A DNA stretch of 64,000 nt from Phycisphaeraceae bacterium (GTDB taxonomy: Bacteria > Planctomycetota > Phycisphaerae > Phycisphaerales > UBA1924). The first letter of the stretch is position 1, and every line of letters starts with the position of its first letter. The stretch lies in assembly GCA_019636535.1 (NCBI GenBank), contig JAHBXK010000018.1, positions 2,120 to 66,119 of the forward strand. The letters run 5' to 3'. A program made the position numbers and the translations under genes. The notes beneath the pieces are model-generated. The model saw only the letters and a program-made list of their open reading frames with translations, was not told the origin of the DNA and did not search any database. Of this stretch, positions 1-10,149 are shown in pieces.

Positions 1-84
1 ACGAGTGAGGTGCCTCCTGTCCCGATCCGGTCAGGGAACGAGTCAGGACATCGCGATAGCATGTTGGAATAGAAGGACTTACGC

Positions 85-825
85 ATGCAACGCGTGCTGA
101 TTGTCGAAGACGAGACCGACTTGGCTGACTTGCTGGGGTACAACCTTCGCAAGGCGGGGTATCAAACGGAAGCCGTACATGATGGGCGGGCTGCGGTTCA
201 ACGGGCTCAGCAGGCCGTGCCTGACCTGATCGTGCTCGACGTGATGCTGCCGGGTCTGTCTGGTTTGCAGGTTGCTCGCCAACTCCGAACCAATCCGAAG
301 ACTGCGACGATTCCGATCCTGATGCTGACGGCCAAGGCCGAGGAGATCGATCAGATCTCGGGACTGCAATCGGGAGCGGACGACTACGTGACCAAGCCGT
401 TCTCGGTGAAGGTGCTGATCGCTCGCGTCGAGGCGATGTTGCGGCGATCGCGGGGCGGAACGATCGAAGCCGCTGACACACTAACGGTTGGTCGCGTGAA
501 GATGGACACGTCGACCCATCAGGTTTTCGTGGACGACATTCCCTCACGGATGACGCTGACCGAGTTTCGTCTGCTGGCGGCGCTGATGCGCAAGCCGGGG
601 AAGGTGGTTTCGCGTGCGGACCTGATGTACTCGGCGATGGGACCCGACGTGCTGGTGACTGCCCGGACGATCGACGTGCACATCGCGGCGATCCGGAAGA
701 AACTCGGTCCGGTCGGGGACACGATCCGGACAATCCGCGGCGTGGGGTACCTGCTTTCGGACGAACAGGCGGCGGACAGGGGGCTCGGCTCGGGGAGTCA
801 ATCGCGTGCCGAAGCGGCGAAGTGA
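85..825 (+). CDS. OmpR/PhoB-family two-component response regulator (receiver + winged-helix output)
   Basis: 246-aa ORF. Receiver signatures LIVEDE, DLIVLDVMLPGLSG, LTAK, GADDYVTKPF. C-terminal winged helix (LTLTEFRLL ... TIDVHI ... IRTIRGVGY). A histidine kinase gene lies directly downstream. Confidence 0.9.
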   Translation: MQRVLIVEDETDLADLLGYNLRKAGYQTEAVHDGRAAVQRAQQAVPDLIVLDVMLPGLSGLQVARQLRTNPKTATIPILMLTAKAEEIDQISGLQSGADDYVTKPFSVKVLIARVEAMLRRSRGGTIEAADTLTVGRVKMDTSTHQVFVDDIPSRMTLTEFRLLAALMRKPGKVVSRADLMYSAMGPDVLVTARTIDVHIAAIRKKLGPVGDTIRTIRGVGYLLSDEQAADRGLGSGSQSRAEAAK

Positions 826-903
826 TCTCTCTCACGCCCGGGCCTGCCGCATGCCTTGAATACTCCTCGTGAGTCGGGAGGGGAGGTGTTCCGCGGAGCC
901 GGC

Positions 904-2616
904 ATGCCGCAGAGTCAATCACATCGCGATCAGGCCGGGATGCCGGTGCGTGTGCGTCCGTCGCAGGCGGATCAGGTGCGCATCTGTGCCGGCGTATGGG
1001 TGGTGGTCATCGTCGCGATCGTGCTGCTGCTGTGGCCGGGGCTGAGCGTGAGCACCCGGCTGGGTTGGCTGCTGACGTCGGGTCTGTTCGCGACGTTGAT
1101 CGTGGCGTGGGCAGCGCGGGCGCGTGCAAGGCGGCTGGCGGTGGTTGAGGGTGCAGCGCGTCAGATCATCGAATCCGAGCCTCGCACGCTCGGCGGCGCT
1201 TCGCGAACCAGACTGGATCTCGGGGACACACGGTCGTCTCCGGAGTATGCCGGGCTGGCGTCGGCGTTGGACGAGTTGGCCGAGCGTCTGGACGTTCAGT
1301 TCAAGGAGATCCTCAAGAAGACACGCAATCTCGAAGCGCTGATCGACGCGATGGATGAGCCGTTGCTCGCGACCGACAACCAGGAGCACATCCTGTTGTG
1401 CAACCGCTCGGCCGAGGCGGCGTTCGACGCGGAGCCGGGCACCTTGATCGGTCGGCCGGTGCGAGAAGTGATCACGCAGACGGAACTGGTCGAGATGCAC
1501 GATGCGGCGAGGGGTGGGCAGACCCGGCGAGCGCGCGTGCGGGTCACCACGCCGCTCGGTCGGCGGACGTACCAGGTCTCAGCGCTTCCGGTGCCCGTCG
1601 CGTGGGGTCGCGGGGTGTTCGGCGCCGTGCTCGTGCTGCGTGACGTGACGGAACTGGATCAATCGGTGCAGATCAAGACGGACTTTGTCGCGAACGCATC
1701 GCACGAACTGCGGACGCCGGTGAGCGCGATTCGGACCGCATCGGAGACGCTGCTGGAGGCCGTGGACGATGACCCGGCGATGGCTCGGAAGGTGGCCGGG
1801 ATGGTTCGGTCGCACGCGCTGCGATTGGAGGAGATGCTGCGGGATCTGCTGGACCTGTCGAGGCTTGAATCGCCCGACGTGCCCGTTGCGTGCGAGCAAG
1901 TGTCATTCGAAGAGCTGGGTCGCTCGCTGGGGTCGCTCTTTGAACCGATCTGTGCGCAGCGGGACCTGTCGCTCGAGTTCGAGTTCGATCGCGAGATGGA
2001 GGGGGCACGCACCGACCGGAAACTCGTGACGCTGATCCTTCGAAACCTGATCGAGAACGCGTCGAAGTTTGCGTTCGAGGGAACCACCATCCGCGTGGTG
2101 GGGACGACGTTGGAAGTTGAACTCGAGCCCGACAAGTGCGGCGCAGCCCGACAGAGTTCGCGCTCGGCGCATCGCGGGAGCGCGAGCGAGGGCGCATCGT
2201 CGCAGCGTCGTGTGCGGGGCGTGCTGCGGCTGGAAGTCGTGGACCGGGGCGTCGGCATCCCGCTTGCGCACCAAGAGCGGGTGTTTGAGCGGTACTACCA
2301 GGTGGACCCTGCGCGGAGCGGGACGGGAGCGGGATCGGGCTCGACTCAGGCAACGAGCACAGACGGGGCGGGCGTGGGCGGCAGCGCTGGAGCGTCGAGC
2401 GCCATCAGTCTGCGCCGCGGCACGGGTCTGGGGCTCGCGATCGTGAAGCACGCCGCGAAGCGGCTGGGCGGGCGGGTCGGATTGTCGAGCGTCTGGGGGC
2501 AGGGCACCACGGCGTGGGCGGAGATCCCGGTGGAGTTCGGAGAGATTTTCGCGAAGCAGGGCGTGCACCGGCTGCGGACCGAAGGGGATGCGGGCTCCGC
2601 GTCGGGCGCGGCGTGA
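904..2616 (+). CDS. Sensor histidine kinase (TM, PAS-like, HisKA, HATPase_c with low-complexity inserts)
   Basis: H-box FVANASHELRTPVSAI, N-box LIENASKF, G-boxes DRGVGIP and GTGLGLAIVKH. The ORF opens at 856 (TTG). ATG at 904 is preferred because GGAG lies 5 nt upstream. The start is uncertain. Confidence 0.88.
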   Translation: MPQSQSHRDQAGMPVRVRPSQADQVRICAGVWVVVIVAIVLLLWPGLSVSTRLGWLLTSGLFATLIVAWAARARARRLAVVEGAARQIIESEPRTLGGASRTRLDLGDTRSSPEYAGLASALDELAERLDVQFKEILKKTRNLEALIDAMDEPLLATDNQEHILLCNRSAEAAFDAEPGTLIGRPVREVITQTELVEMHDAARGGQTRRARVRVTTPLGRRTYQVSALPVPVAWGRGVFGAVLVLRDVTELDQSVQIKTDFVANASHELRTPVSAIRTASETLLEAVDDDPAMARKVAGMVRSHALRLEEMLRDLLDLSRLESPDVPVACEQVSFEELGRSLGSLFEPICAQRDLSLEFEFDREMEGARTDRKLVTLILRNLIENASKFAFEGTTIRVVGTTLEVELEPDKCGAARQSSRSAHRGSASEGASSQRRVRGVLRLEVVDRGVGIPLAHQERVFERYYQVDPARSGTGAGSGSTQATSTDGAGVGGSAGASSAISLRRGTGLGLAIVKHAAKRLGGRVGLSSVWGQGTTAWAEIPVEFGEIFAKQGVHRLRTEGDAGSASGAA

Positions 2617-2625
2617 CGATCGGAC

Positions 2626-3120
2626 TCACCGCAGCGGTGCAAACTCGACCCCACGCAGTTGTTCCAGACGGCGCGCCACGCGATCGATGATCCACCTTTC
2701 GGTATCGGGCTCACGCAGTGGACCGGAACCGATCCGGCCGGTCAATCGCAACCGGGCCGACTCGTGTTCCACGCCGCGGACCGTTCGCCCTTCAGAAATC
2801 CGTTCGACGGTCAGTTCGCCGGAGCGGTCGCGGACCGTGAGCAGGTCGAAGATGAGCACGCCATCGGATTCGCGCGAGCGATCGACCGAGCGGACGGTGG
2901 CCTCGGCCTGATCGACTCCGGCCAGCGCTGCGGCTTCCACGTCGTTCCAATCGCCGATCACTTCGCGAACCGTTGGGGGGTGGTCGATCGGCAGAGCGCC
3001 GGTGCGGGAACCCGTACTCCCCGATCGGGCTGCGCATCCAGTCCCGGCGAGCAGCAGGAGGCCGGTCAGAATGATCGCCGCGACGGGCGGTCGAGCGATC
3101 GCGGCGAACCGCGAGCGCAT
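2626..3120 (-). CDS. Hypothetical lipoprotein
   Basis: Internal ATG at 3120 gives MRSRFAAIARPPVAAIILTGLLLLAGTGC, a signal peptide plus lipobox-like Cys. No recognisable domain. Confidence 0.55.
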   Translation of the reverse strand: MRSRFAAIARPPVAAIILTGLLLLAGTGCAARSGSTGSRTGALPIDHPPTVREVIGDWNDVEAAALAGVDQAEATVRSVDRSRESDGVLIFDLLTVRDRSGELTVERISEGRTVRGVEHESARLRLTGRIGSGPLREPDTERWIIDRVARRLEQLRGVEFAPLR

Positions 3121-3199
3121 GGGTGGGCGTGTATCGTTGTGCTCGGGGCGGGGGCCGTCCCTGCGTGGTCCATTCCCAAGCACCCGGAGCCAGTCAGCG

Positions 3200-4336
3200 T
3201 TGGAGTTCACGATCCGAGTTCCTCAGGGTGCCGAGCGTGTGACCATGCTCGGGCTTGGTGACCGCAACCTGAAGATCCTACGCGAAGGTCTGGGCGTCAA
3301 TGTCTCTGCGCGCGAGGACGTTGTGTCGGTGACGGGCGACGCGCAGGCGGTCTCGGCGGCGAAGCAGGTTCTTGAGCGCTTGGCCGCCGCGTCGAAGCGG
3401 AGCGACCATCTTTCGAGGCAGCAGGTGGTGGACCTGATCGGTCAGGCGATGGCAGGAAGGTTCGGCCATGCGCAGCGAGAAGGCGGCGGCAATGGGTGGA
3501 CGGGGAGCGGTCGCCTGCCCGACGCCGGATTCGAGGAGCGTGCAAGCGGGGCCGGCAGCGATCTCGGGCCGCCGTGGCAGAACCAACTGGACGTGTATGT
3601 GGGGGGTCGTCCGATCCGGGCCAGGACGGCAAATCAGCAGGTCTATCTCGACGCCATGCGGGACCACGATCTGGTGTTCGGCATTGGCCCGGCCGGAACG
3701 GGCAAGACGTACCTGGCCGTCGCGGTGGCGGTGCACATGCTGCGGGCCGAACGAACACGGAAGGTGATCTTGGTGCGACCGGCGGTGGAGGCGGGAGAGC
3801 GGCTGGGATTTCTGCCGGGCGACCTGCGTGAGAAGGTCAATCCGTACCTGCGCCCGTTGCTCGATGCGTTGCACGACATGATGGACTTCGCGACCATCAA
3901 GCGGTTCATGTTCAACGACGTGGTGGAGATCGCGCCGCTGGCTTACATGCGCGGGCGGACGCTGAACAACGCGGTGATCATCCTCGACGAAGCGCAGAAC
4001 ACGACTCGCGGGCAGATGCAGATGTTCCTGACGCGGATGGGACACGGGTCGAAGATGATCGTGACGGGTGACGTTTCTCAGATCGATCTGCCCGACCCGG
4101 CCGAGTCGGGACTGATCGACGCCGCTCGTCGGCTGAAGCGCGTCAAGGGAATCGCGTTCGTGAACCTGACGCAGGCGGACATCGTGCGGCACAACCTGGT
4201 GCAGCGGATCGTTGAGGCGTATGGCCCGACGCCCGTGCAGACGCAGGCCAAGCCGCGAGACGATGAAGACGAACGAGGTGGGTCGGGCGACTTAGACAGG
4301 CCCGATGGCTCATCCGATCGTCCGATATCGGATTAA
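3200..4336 (+). CDS. phoH: PhoH-family ATPase (KH-like N-terminus + PhoH P-loop domain)
   Basis: GIGPAGTGKTYLAV Walker A, ILVRPAVEAGERLGFLPGDL, IILDEAQN and VTGDVSQIDL are classic PhoH/YbeZ motifs. The start is uncertain (TTG 3200, GTG 3238 or ATG 3244). The longer ORF from 3002 would overlap the divergent lipoprotein gene. Confidence 0.9.
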   Translation: MEFTIRVPQGAERVTMLGLGDRNLKILREGLGVNVSAREDVVSVTGDAQAVSAAKQVLERLAAASKRSDHLSRQQVVDLIGQAMAGRFGHAQREGGGNGWTGSGRLPDAGFEERASGAGSDLGPPWQNQLDVYVGGRPIRARTANQQVYLDAMRDHDLVFGIGPAGTGKTYLAVAVAVHMLRAERTRKVILVRPAVEAGERLGFLPGDLREKVNPYLRPLLDALHDMMDFATIKRFMFNDVVEIAPLAYMRGRTLNNAVIILDEAQNTTRGQMQMFLTRMGHGSKMIVTGDVSQIDLPDPAESGLIDAARRLKRVKGIAFVNLTQADIVRHNLVQRIVEAYGPTPVQTQAKPRDDEDERGGSGDLDRPDGSSDRPISD

Positions 4337-4392
4337 TTGGCGTTTTTGCTAGTTTTGGGCAGCACCTGAGAGCAACGGGATTGCCGCTCTCG

Positions 4393-4421
4393 TGACCAGT
4401 TTCCGTTTCTGATAGCATAAT
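4393..4421 (+). promoter_or_regulatory. Sigma70-like promoter candidate (TGACCA-17 nt-CATAAT) upstream of the 7TM-HD gene
   Basis: tgacca at 4393-4398, a 17-nt spacer, and cataat at 4416-4421, inside a lower-GC 373-bp intergenic region. A ccccgcatgcgggg palindrome lies at 4446-4459. The planctomycete promoter consensus is not known to me, so this is tentative. Confidence 0.25.
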
Positions 4422-4709
4422 GTTTGGGTTGAAGGTGCATCCGACCCCCGCATGCGGGGCGCATCACTCCCATGGACGATCGCTTGAGGAAGGGGATCGT
4501 TGAGGGATTCGGTCGAGTCGATACTGGGATCGGGGTGCGGATGCCGCGCGGGGACGTGCGGTTGGCTTGGATTCGCCGGTCGAGCGACGCGATTCCGGAA
4601 CACGGTCGGCGGTCGGATGTGAGACAATGGACGAAAGGCGGTGTGCGGTCGGAATGCGCCCGGCACCGTCGGAAGGAGCACTGTTGGAGTTCACGGGGGG
4701 CGGCAGCGG

Positions 4710-7262
4710 ATGGCAAAGGAGACCGCACGAACACCGACGACGGCCCGGACGGGCGAACTGCAACGGGCGATCACCGCCCGGTCGGTGCTGTGGCCTCGCC
4801 TGTTGCGGTCCAAGAACTTCATCCTGGCGTTGCTGATCTGGGGGGTGTTCGTGGTCGTTGCGGGCGTGGGCGCGATCTGGGCCCGCTCGGAGCCGATGGT
4901 CGCGGTCGGGCGCGTGATGACGATCACTCGGACGATCCGGACGAGTTTCGACATCGAGGACGCCGCGGCGACGGAGCAGAAGCGAAACGCCGCGAGGCAG
5001 CGCGCAAGGCGCGTGTATTCCGAAGCGCCGGGCGTGATCGACCAGATCGTGGGCTCGATCGAGGGCCTGCCACAGGCGATCGCCGACGTTCAGCGTTTTG
5101 AGGACATCGACGCGAGCATCCGCGAGCGGTTCGGTCTGACACCGGAGTTGGTTGCGTCGCTTCAGTCAGAACTCACCGAACCCGAGCGGGAACAGCGATG
5201 GCGTGCGCAGAGCAGGCGGCTTCGTGAACTGCTGGTCCGCAGGCCCTTCGTGGACCAGCAGACGTTCGGGCTTGAGGTGACCGCGATCAACGAGACGGTG
5301 GAACTGACCGGCGAGGGACGCGCCCCCATCGAGGAGTCGTCGCAGAGCGTTCGGAACATCGAGGCAGCGGACCTGCAGCAGCAGATGGGTGCGATCGCGC
5401 TCACCGCCGCGTTCTCCGGCCCATCGCTGGTGGTCGTGGTCAATCGGCTCACGCACGAGCCGAGGCCGACGTACGCGCTGGACCTGGCGGCGACGTCGCG
5501 GCGGCAGGAAGAGGCGGCCGCGGCGGTGCGCCCGGAGATGATCACGTATCCGGATCGCGAGGTGATCTTTCGACGCGGCGACGTGCTGTCGGCGACCGCG
5601 TTCGACGTGTTCAACAAGTCGTTGCAGATGGATCGGTCGAGCACGCCGGGGGCGGTGCGGTTCCTGCAATCGACGGCCATCTTCGGCGTGACGGGGTTGG
5701 TGACGCTGGCGATCGCGGGGTACACGGGCATTTTCTGCCCGCGGATCCGCCGGAACCCGACGCGGATGACGGCGATTGCCTCGCTGATGGCCGCCGCAGC
5801 GCTTGTGGCGTGGTGGACGACCTCGAACACGCCGGAACTGGTGGCGATCACGTCGCTCGCGCCGTCGTTGTTCGTCGCGATCATCCTGGCGATCGCGTAC
5901 GACCGGCGTTCGGCGCTCGCGCTGGGGAGCCTGCACGGCGTGCTGGTATGCGTCGGGCTGGACGCGACGGTCGGCTCGTTCGCGGTGATCGTCGCCGGGA
6001 TCGGGTTGGCGATGTGGTGTCTGCGCGAAGTGCGAGACCGGGACACGCTCATCCGGACGGGCATCGTGACAGCCGTGGGGCTCGCGTTGGCGAAGTTCCT
6101 GGTGGGGATCATCGAGACACCGCTGACCGGCAAGCCCGCGGACTCGGGCGGGTTGCTCGGCCTCTTTGAGCAACTCGCGGCGGACCGGGCGCTGCTTCAG
6201 GTCTTGCGGGATTCGGGGTACGCGGCGTTCACGGGCCTGTTGGTGGCCTCGATCACGCTGTTCATCCTGCCGTCGATCGAACGGTGGTTCGACATCACCA
6301 CGGGGATGACGCTGGCGGAGTTGCGCGACCCGAAGAACCCGCTGCTGCGGATGCTTCAGCAGCGGGCACCCGGCACGTACAACCACTCGCTGAACCTGGC
6401 GAGCCTGGCGGAGGCGGCGGCGGACGCGATCGGTGCCGACTCGCTGCTGACGTACGTCGGGGCGCTGTACCACGACATCGGGAAAATGAACAAGCCCGAC
6501 TACTTCGTTGAGAACCAGACGCCCGGGATCAACAAGCACGACAAACTCTCGCCGGCGATGAGCCTGTTGATCATCGTGGGGCACGTGAAGGACGGAATGG
6601 AACTGGCGCGGGAGTTCTCGCTGCCCAAGCCGCTCTGGCACTTCATCGAGAGCCACCACGGCACGACGCTGGTCGAGTACTTCTATCACCGCGCCAAGAA
6701 GCAGGCCGAGCGCGAGGCGATGCTCGTCGCGATGACGGGCGATGCGGGCGGCGGCGTCGGCGGGATCGTCGGATCGGGCATCGGCCCGAGCGACCTGGAG
6801 TATCGCTACCCCGGCCCCAAGCCACGCACGAAGGAAGCGGCGATCATCATGCTGTGCGATGCCGTTGAGTCGGCGTCGCGGGCCATGGCCGACCCGACCC
6901 CGGCCCGCATCGACGCGACCGTGCGGGCGATCGCGACCAAGCGGCTGATGGACGGGCAGTTCGACGACTGCGATCTGACGCTGCGCGAACTCAACACGAT
7001 CGTCGAGGCCGTGAGCAAGGCGCTCGCCGCGATCTACCACGGACGGATTGCGTATCCCGGTGGGCCGGGAGGCATGGCGAAGCCACGCGCGATTCCTACG
7101 CCGAACGGTGGTGCGACTACCGGGCTCGCCGCGTCGGCGGCGGGTGGATCGGCGGGCACGATGCTGCTGAGTTCGCGCTCGCCCGGCAACGGCGCTGCGC
7201 CCTCCACGAAACTCCCGGCCGGTGCGCCCGCACCGGAAGAGGGCGCGAGACCGGTGCGGTGA
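4710..7262 (+). CDS. 7TM-receptor HD/HDIG-domain membrane phosphohydrolase (PgpH/YqfF-like)
   Basis: N-terminal extracytoplasmic region, about 7 TM helices, then an HD domain with NHSLNLA, LYHDIGK, GHVKDG and ESHHGT. It follows phoH directly, as in the conserved phoH-pgpH(-ybeY) arrangement. ATG at 4710 (MAKETART...). Confidence 0.86.
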   Translation: MAKETARTPTTARTGELQRAITARSVLWPRLLRSKNFILALLIWGVFVVVAGVGAIWARSEPMVAVGRVMTITRTIRTSFDIEDAAATEQKRNAARQRARRVYSEAPGVIDQIVGSIEGLPQAIADVQRFEDIDASIRERFGLTPELVASLQSELTEPEREQRWRAQSRRLRELLVRRPFVDQQTFGLEVTAINETVELTGEGRAPIEESSQSVRNIEAADLQQQMGAIALTAAFSGPSLVVVVNRLTHEPRPTYALDLAATSRRQEEAAAAVRPEMITYPDREVIFRRGDVLSATAFDVFNKSLQMDRSSTPGAVRFLQSTAIFGVTGLVTLAIAGYTGIFCPRIRRNPTRMTAIASLMAAAALVAWWTTSNTPELVAITSLAPSLFVAIILAIAYDRRSALALGSLHGVLVCVGLDATVGSFAVIVAGIGLAMWCLREVRDRDTLIRTGIVTAVGLALAKFLVGIIETPLTGKPADSGGLLGLFEQLAADRALLQVLRDSGYAAFTGLLVASITLFILPSIERWFDITTGMTLAELRDPKNPLLRMLQQRAPGTYNHSLNLASLAEAAADAIGADSLLTYVGALYHDIGKMNKPDYFVENQTPGINKHDKLSPAMSLLIIVGHVKDGMELAREFSLPKPLWHFIESHHGTTLVEYFYHRAKKQAEREAMLVAMTGDAGGGVGGIVGSGIGPSDLEYRYPGPKPRTKEAAIIMLCDAVESASRAMADPTPARIDATVRAIATKRLMDGQFDDCDLTLRELNTIVEAVSKALAAIYHGRIAYPGGPGGMAKPRAIPTPNGGATTGLAASAAGGSAGTMLLSSRSPGNGAAPSTKLPAGAPAPEEGARPVR

Positions 7263-7269
7263 GCGGGTC

Positions 7270-8679
7270 TCACTCGTCGTAGTGCTTCGCGAGCACCCTC
7301 CCCCACTCCTCGGTCGTATTCACGCGGACGAACTCTCGCTTGACCTCCTCCGCGCGCGGGTGGTGGTGCGAGAACTTGATGGCGAACTTGCGCATCAGGC
7401 GGCCGGCGAGCCGGGGACCGTTGACACGGACGCAGAGCGCGAAGTGATCCTCCAGCACGCGGCGCTGCTCGGTGAGCGTGGGCGGTGCCGGTGCATGGCC
7501 GGCCATCATGTCGCGTGCCTGACGGAAGATCCACGGGTTGCCGATGCAGCCGCGGGCGACGCTGACCGCCGCGACGCCCGTGTAGCCGATCATGTCGAAG
7601 ACGTCGGATGCGGACCAGACGTCGCCCGAGCCGAAGATCAGTCGATCGGGGCGCTTGCGCACGATCTCTCGAAGCACGTCCCAACGCGAAGGACCGACGT
7701 ACTTCTGCTCCACGGTTCGAGCGTGCACCGTCGCCCAGGCGTAGCCCATGTCGAACGCCGCGTCGAGGATCGTCTCGAACGCCGCGGCCATCTCCGGGGT
7801 GTCGTCGTAACTCCGGCGCATCTTCACGGTGCAGGGCATTTGGGCCGGCACGGCCTCGCGGACGGCCTCCAAGATGCGGATCGCGCCGGCCGGCTCGGCG
7901 AGCCAGTGCCCGCCGCGGGCCTTGCTGCGGACCTTCTTGACAGGGCATGCGAGGTTGACGTCGATGACATCGAAGCAGAGCGAGGAGAAGGCCGCCCGGC
8001 GTGTCGGTGAGTCGCCGGTCGCCGGGTCGATCTCATTGAGTTTGTTGATTTCGTCGATCAGGGACTCGCAGGAGTCGCCGTCGGTCCACGAAGCGTCGTC
8101 GCCAAGTCCTTCAGTCGGGTCGAGCGCCGCGGCATCCGGGCCGGAGCGGATGCGTCCGACCTGCACCCCGCCGGGGGCTCGAAGATGCGTCGCTTCCACC
8201 TCCGCGAGTTCCTCCGGCGTCATATCGCCGTACGCGAGCAGGCGGTAGGCCTTGTCGCCGCGAAAGCCCTGCTCGGCGGCCTTGATCGCTGCGGCGGCCA
8301 TCTCGCGCGGATCGCTGCCCATGATCTGGCAGGCGAGCGGGTGGTCGTCAGCGCCGCCGGGGACGTTGTCGTGCAACTGACCGAGGTCGGCCTTGGCGAA
8401 ACCGCGGCCCCCGGCGAGGAGGGTTCGATCGAGCAGCGCCTCAGTGACGCAGAACGGGCAGCCTTGGCGGCGGGCGATGAGTCGCATCGCCGCGTCGGAG
8501 TATCCCGCCAGGCCGGCCTGGAAGAACGGCGCATCGAAGCCGGGAACGATCGCCGGCACGCGCGGATCGATGCCGCCGGTCTCGGCCAGCCGTTCGGCAA
8601 CGCGACGGGCGTCGATCGATTCGCGTCCGGGCGCGCAGGCAGGCGTCGGCGGGGTCGCGTTGTGGCTGACCGAGTTCAT
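7270..8679 (-). CDS. tRNA-dihydrouridine synthase (Dus family) with an internal lineage-specific insertion
   Basis: FFQAGLAGYSDAAMR, VIDVNLACPVKKV, MRRSYDD and SVARGCIGNPWIF match the Dus TIM barrel. ATG at 8679 is chosen so the gene does not overlap the divergent gene at 8743. Confidence 0.85.
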   Translation of the reverse strand: MNSVSHNATPPTPACAPGRESIDARRVAERLAETGGIDPRVPAIVPGFDAPFFQAGLAGYSDAAMRLIARRQGCPFCVTEALLDRTLLAGGRGFAKADLGQLHDNVPGGADDHPLACQIMGSDPREMAAAAIKAAEQGFRGDKAYRLLAYGDMTPEELAEVEATHLRAPGGVQVGRIRSGPDAAALDPTEGLGDDASWTDGDSCESLIDEINKLNEIDPATGDSPTRRAAFSSLCFDVIDVNLACPVKKVRSKARGGHWLAEPAGAIRILEAVREAVPAQMPCTVKMRRSYDDTPEMAAAFETILDAAFDMGYAWATVHARTVEQKYVGPSRWDVLREIVRKRPDRLIFGSGDVWSASDVFDMIGYTGVAAVSVARGCIGNPWIFRQARDMMAGHAPAPPTLTEQRRVLEDHFALCVRVNGPRLAGRLMRKFAIKFSHHHPRAEEVKREFVRVNTTEEWGRVLAKHYDE

Positions 8680-8742
8680 CGAGTGCAAGGGTATTCTGGT
8701 GGGGGTTGAGCGCCCGGCCCTTGCATCGCTCCTGGTCGTACC

Positions 8743-9192
8743 ATGCTCCCCATGACCCCCTCCCGAACGCTCCTGGCGTTGTGCCCGATGCTTGCGTTGA
8801 TTCTGGCCGGTTGTCTCAATGATGGGGCACGGTCGCACTCGGACGTGGACCGGACCGATCGACCGGTTTACCCGGATGAACTACGCCAAGAAATGGTGCT
8901 CGATGTTCAGGTCATCCGCGACGGGACGCGGATCCGCTTGACGAACACCACGGCCAAGGAGTTCGGCGCTTCGCGCCTGTGGGTGAATCGGTGGTTCTCG
9001 CGCGAGATCGACGGGTTCGGCGTCGGCCAGACGCTGGACCTGTCGCTGGCTGAGTTTCGAGATCGGTACGGTGAGCCCTTCCGAGCGGGCGGGTTCTTCG
9101 CCACCCGCCGGCCGGATCGATTGGCCCAGGTGCAGATCGAGTCCGATGGCCGACTGCTCGGCCTGGTGGCGATTCCCGAGAAGGAACGGTGA
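8743..9192 (+). CDS. Hypothetical lipoprotein
   Basis: MLPMTPSRTLLALCPMLALILAGC gives a signal peptide with an LAGC lipobox. Its stop overlaps the next gene's start (GTGA at 9189-9192), which suggests translational coupling. Confidence 0.55.
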   Translation: MLPMTPSRTLLALCPMLALILAGCLNDGARSHSDVDRTDRPVYPDELRQEMVLDVQVIRDGTRIRLTNTTAKEFGASRLWVNRWFSREIDGFGVGQTLDLSLAEFRDRYGEPFRAGGFFATRRPDRLAQVQIESDGRLLGLVAIPEKER

Positions 9193-10094
9193 GCGCAAGC
9201 GCGGCTTCAACTCGGCCGGACCGGATCGGCGGGGTGGCGCCCGATCGGCGGTTGAACATCCTCGTGGTCGGTCCGCATCCGGACGATCAGGAGATCGGCA
9301 TGGGCGGCACGATCGCCCGGCTCGCTGATCAGGGTCACAACGTCTTGTTGCTCGACGTGACCGACGGCAGCCCGACGCCCCGCGGGGACCGTGCATCGCG
9401 ACTGCTTGAAGCGGCCTCTGCTCTCGTATGCTTGCAACCTTCGGCCGAGGCAATGGCCCGAGGTGCCAGAGCGATCCGAAGGGTGCTGTTGGACCTGCCG
9501 AACCGGACCGTGACGCACAGCGTCGAGAGTCGGCACGCCGTGGCGGGGGTGATCCGTGCGCATCAGGCGGAGATCCTGTTCGCCCCTCAGTGGGAGGATG
9601 CGCACCCGGACCATCTGGCCGTGACGCGCATCGTCGAGGATGCGCGCTTCGATGCCAAACTGACACGGATCGAGATGCCGGCGCCGCCGGCACAACCGGT
9701 GGAGTACGGCTGGGAAGACCCGATCAGGCCCGGCCCGCCGATCTACCCGCGCTGGCTGTTCTATTACGATGTGTCGCACCTGCGGCGGGTGGCCCGGCCG
9801 GACTTCTGCTTCGACATCACGGGTTGCGAAGAACGCAAGCGGACGGCGATCCGGGCGTATCGATCGCAGTTCGGACCGTGGGATGACGAACAATCCAGCG
9901 ACACGGGGACCGCCGACCGACACTCGCCCGGCGATCCCAAATCGGACCCATCGAGGCTGGTTAGCGGCGACTTCCCGGATCGGATGCTCGCGTACGCGGC
10001 GTTCTGGGGTTCGCGGATCGGGACTCGGTTCGCCGAGCCGTTCTTTACGCGCGAGCCGGTCGGACTGGGAACCCTGTCGGGGCTGATCGCGTGA
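9189..10094 (+). CDS. PIG-L/LmbE-family N-acetylglucosaminyl deacetylase
   Basis: ILVVGPHPDDQEIGMGGT (PIG-L AHPDDE-type motif), HPDHLAV and TAIRAYRSQF are typical of the LmbE/BshB1 family. Confidence 0.85.
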   Translation: MSASAASTRPDRIGGVAPDRRLNILVVGPHPDDQEIGMGGTIARLADQGHNVLLLDVTDGSPTPRGDRASRLLEAASALVCLQPSAEAMARGARAIRRVLLDLPNRTVTHSVESRHAVAGVIRAHQAEILFAPQWEDAHPDHLAVTRIVEDARFDAKLTRIEMPAPPAQPVEYGWEDPIRPGPPIYPRWLFYYDVSHLRRVARPDFCFDITGCEERKRTAIRAYRSQFGPWDDEQSSDTGTADRHSPGDPKSDPSRLVSGDFPDRMLAYAAFWGSRIGTRFAEPFFTREPVGLGTLSGLIA

Positions 10095-10149
10095 CCTTGG
10101 TGAGGGTGCACGCACCGATCGGCAGTCGGGCCGAGTAAACTCAGCGCGC

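Noticed and set aside
51-70. gatagcat-gttgg upstream of the response regulator, resembling gatagcataatgtttgg at 4411-4427 and considered as a possible shared regulatory box.
   Set aside because: The shared exact core is only 8 nt, which is roughly as likely as not by chance for regions of this size. No matching -35 element is present at the first site.
4409-4436. GCATAATGT 9-mer identical to the left part of E. coli dif.
   Set aside because: The downstream 14 nt match dif at only 3 positions. The site lies far from the inferred skew switch. It is better explained as a -10-like element (see the promoter feature).
5166-7040. 624-aa minus-strand ORF antisense to the 7TM-HD gene. Similar very long ORFs occur at 10141-11826(-), 11910-13580(-), 24256-25758(+), 41807-43831(+), 43835-46459(+), 46368-49184(+), 52519-53475(+), 53496-54929(+), 58949-60214(-) and 61268-63175(-).
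   Set aside because: They are typical high-GC shadow ORFs. Their translations are Arg/Pro/His/Gly-rich low-complexity strings with no motifs. Each lies antisense or out of frame to a gene with unambiguous conserved motifs.
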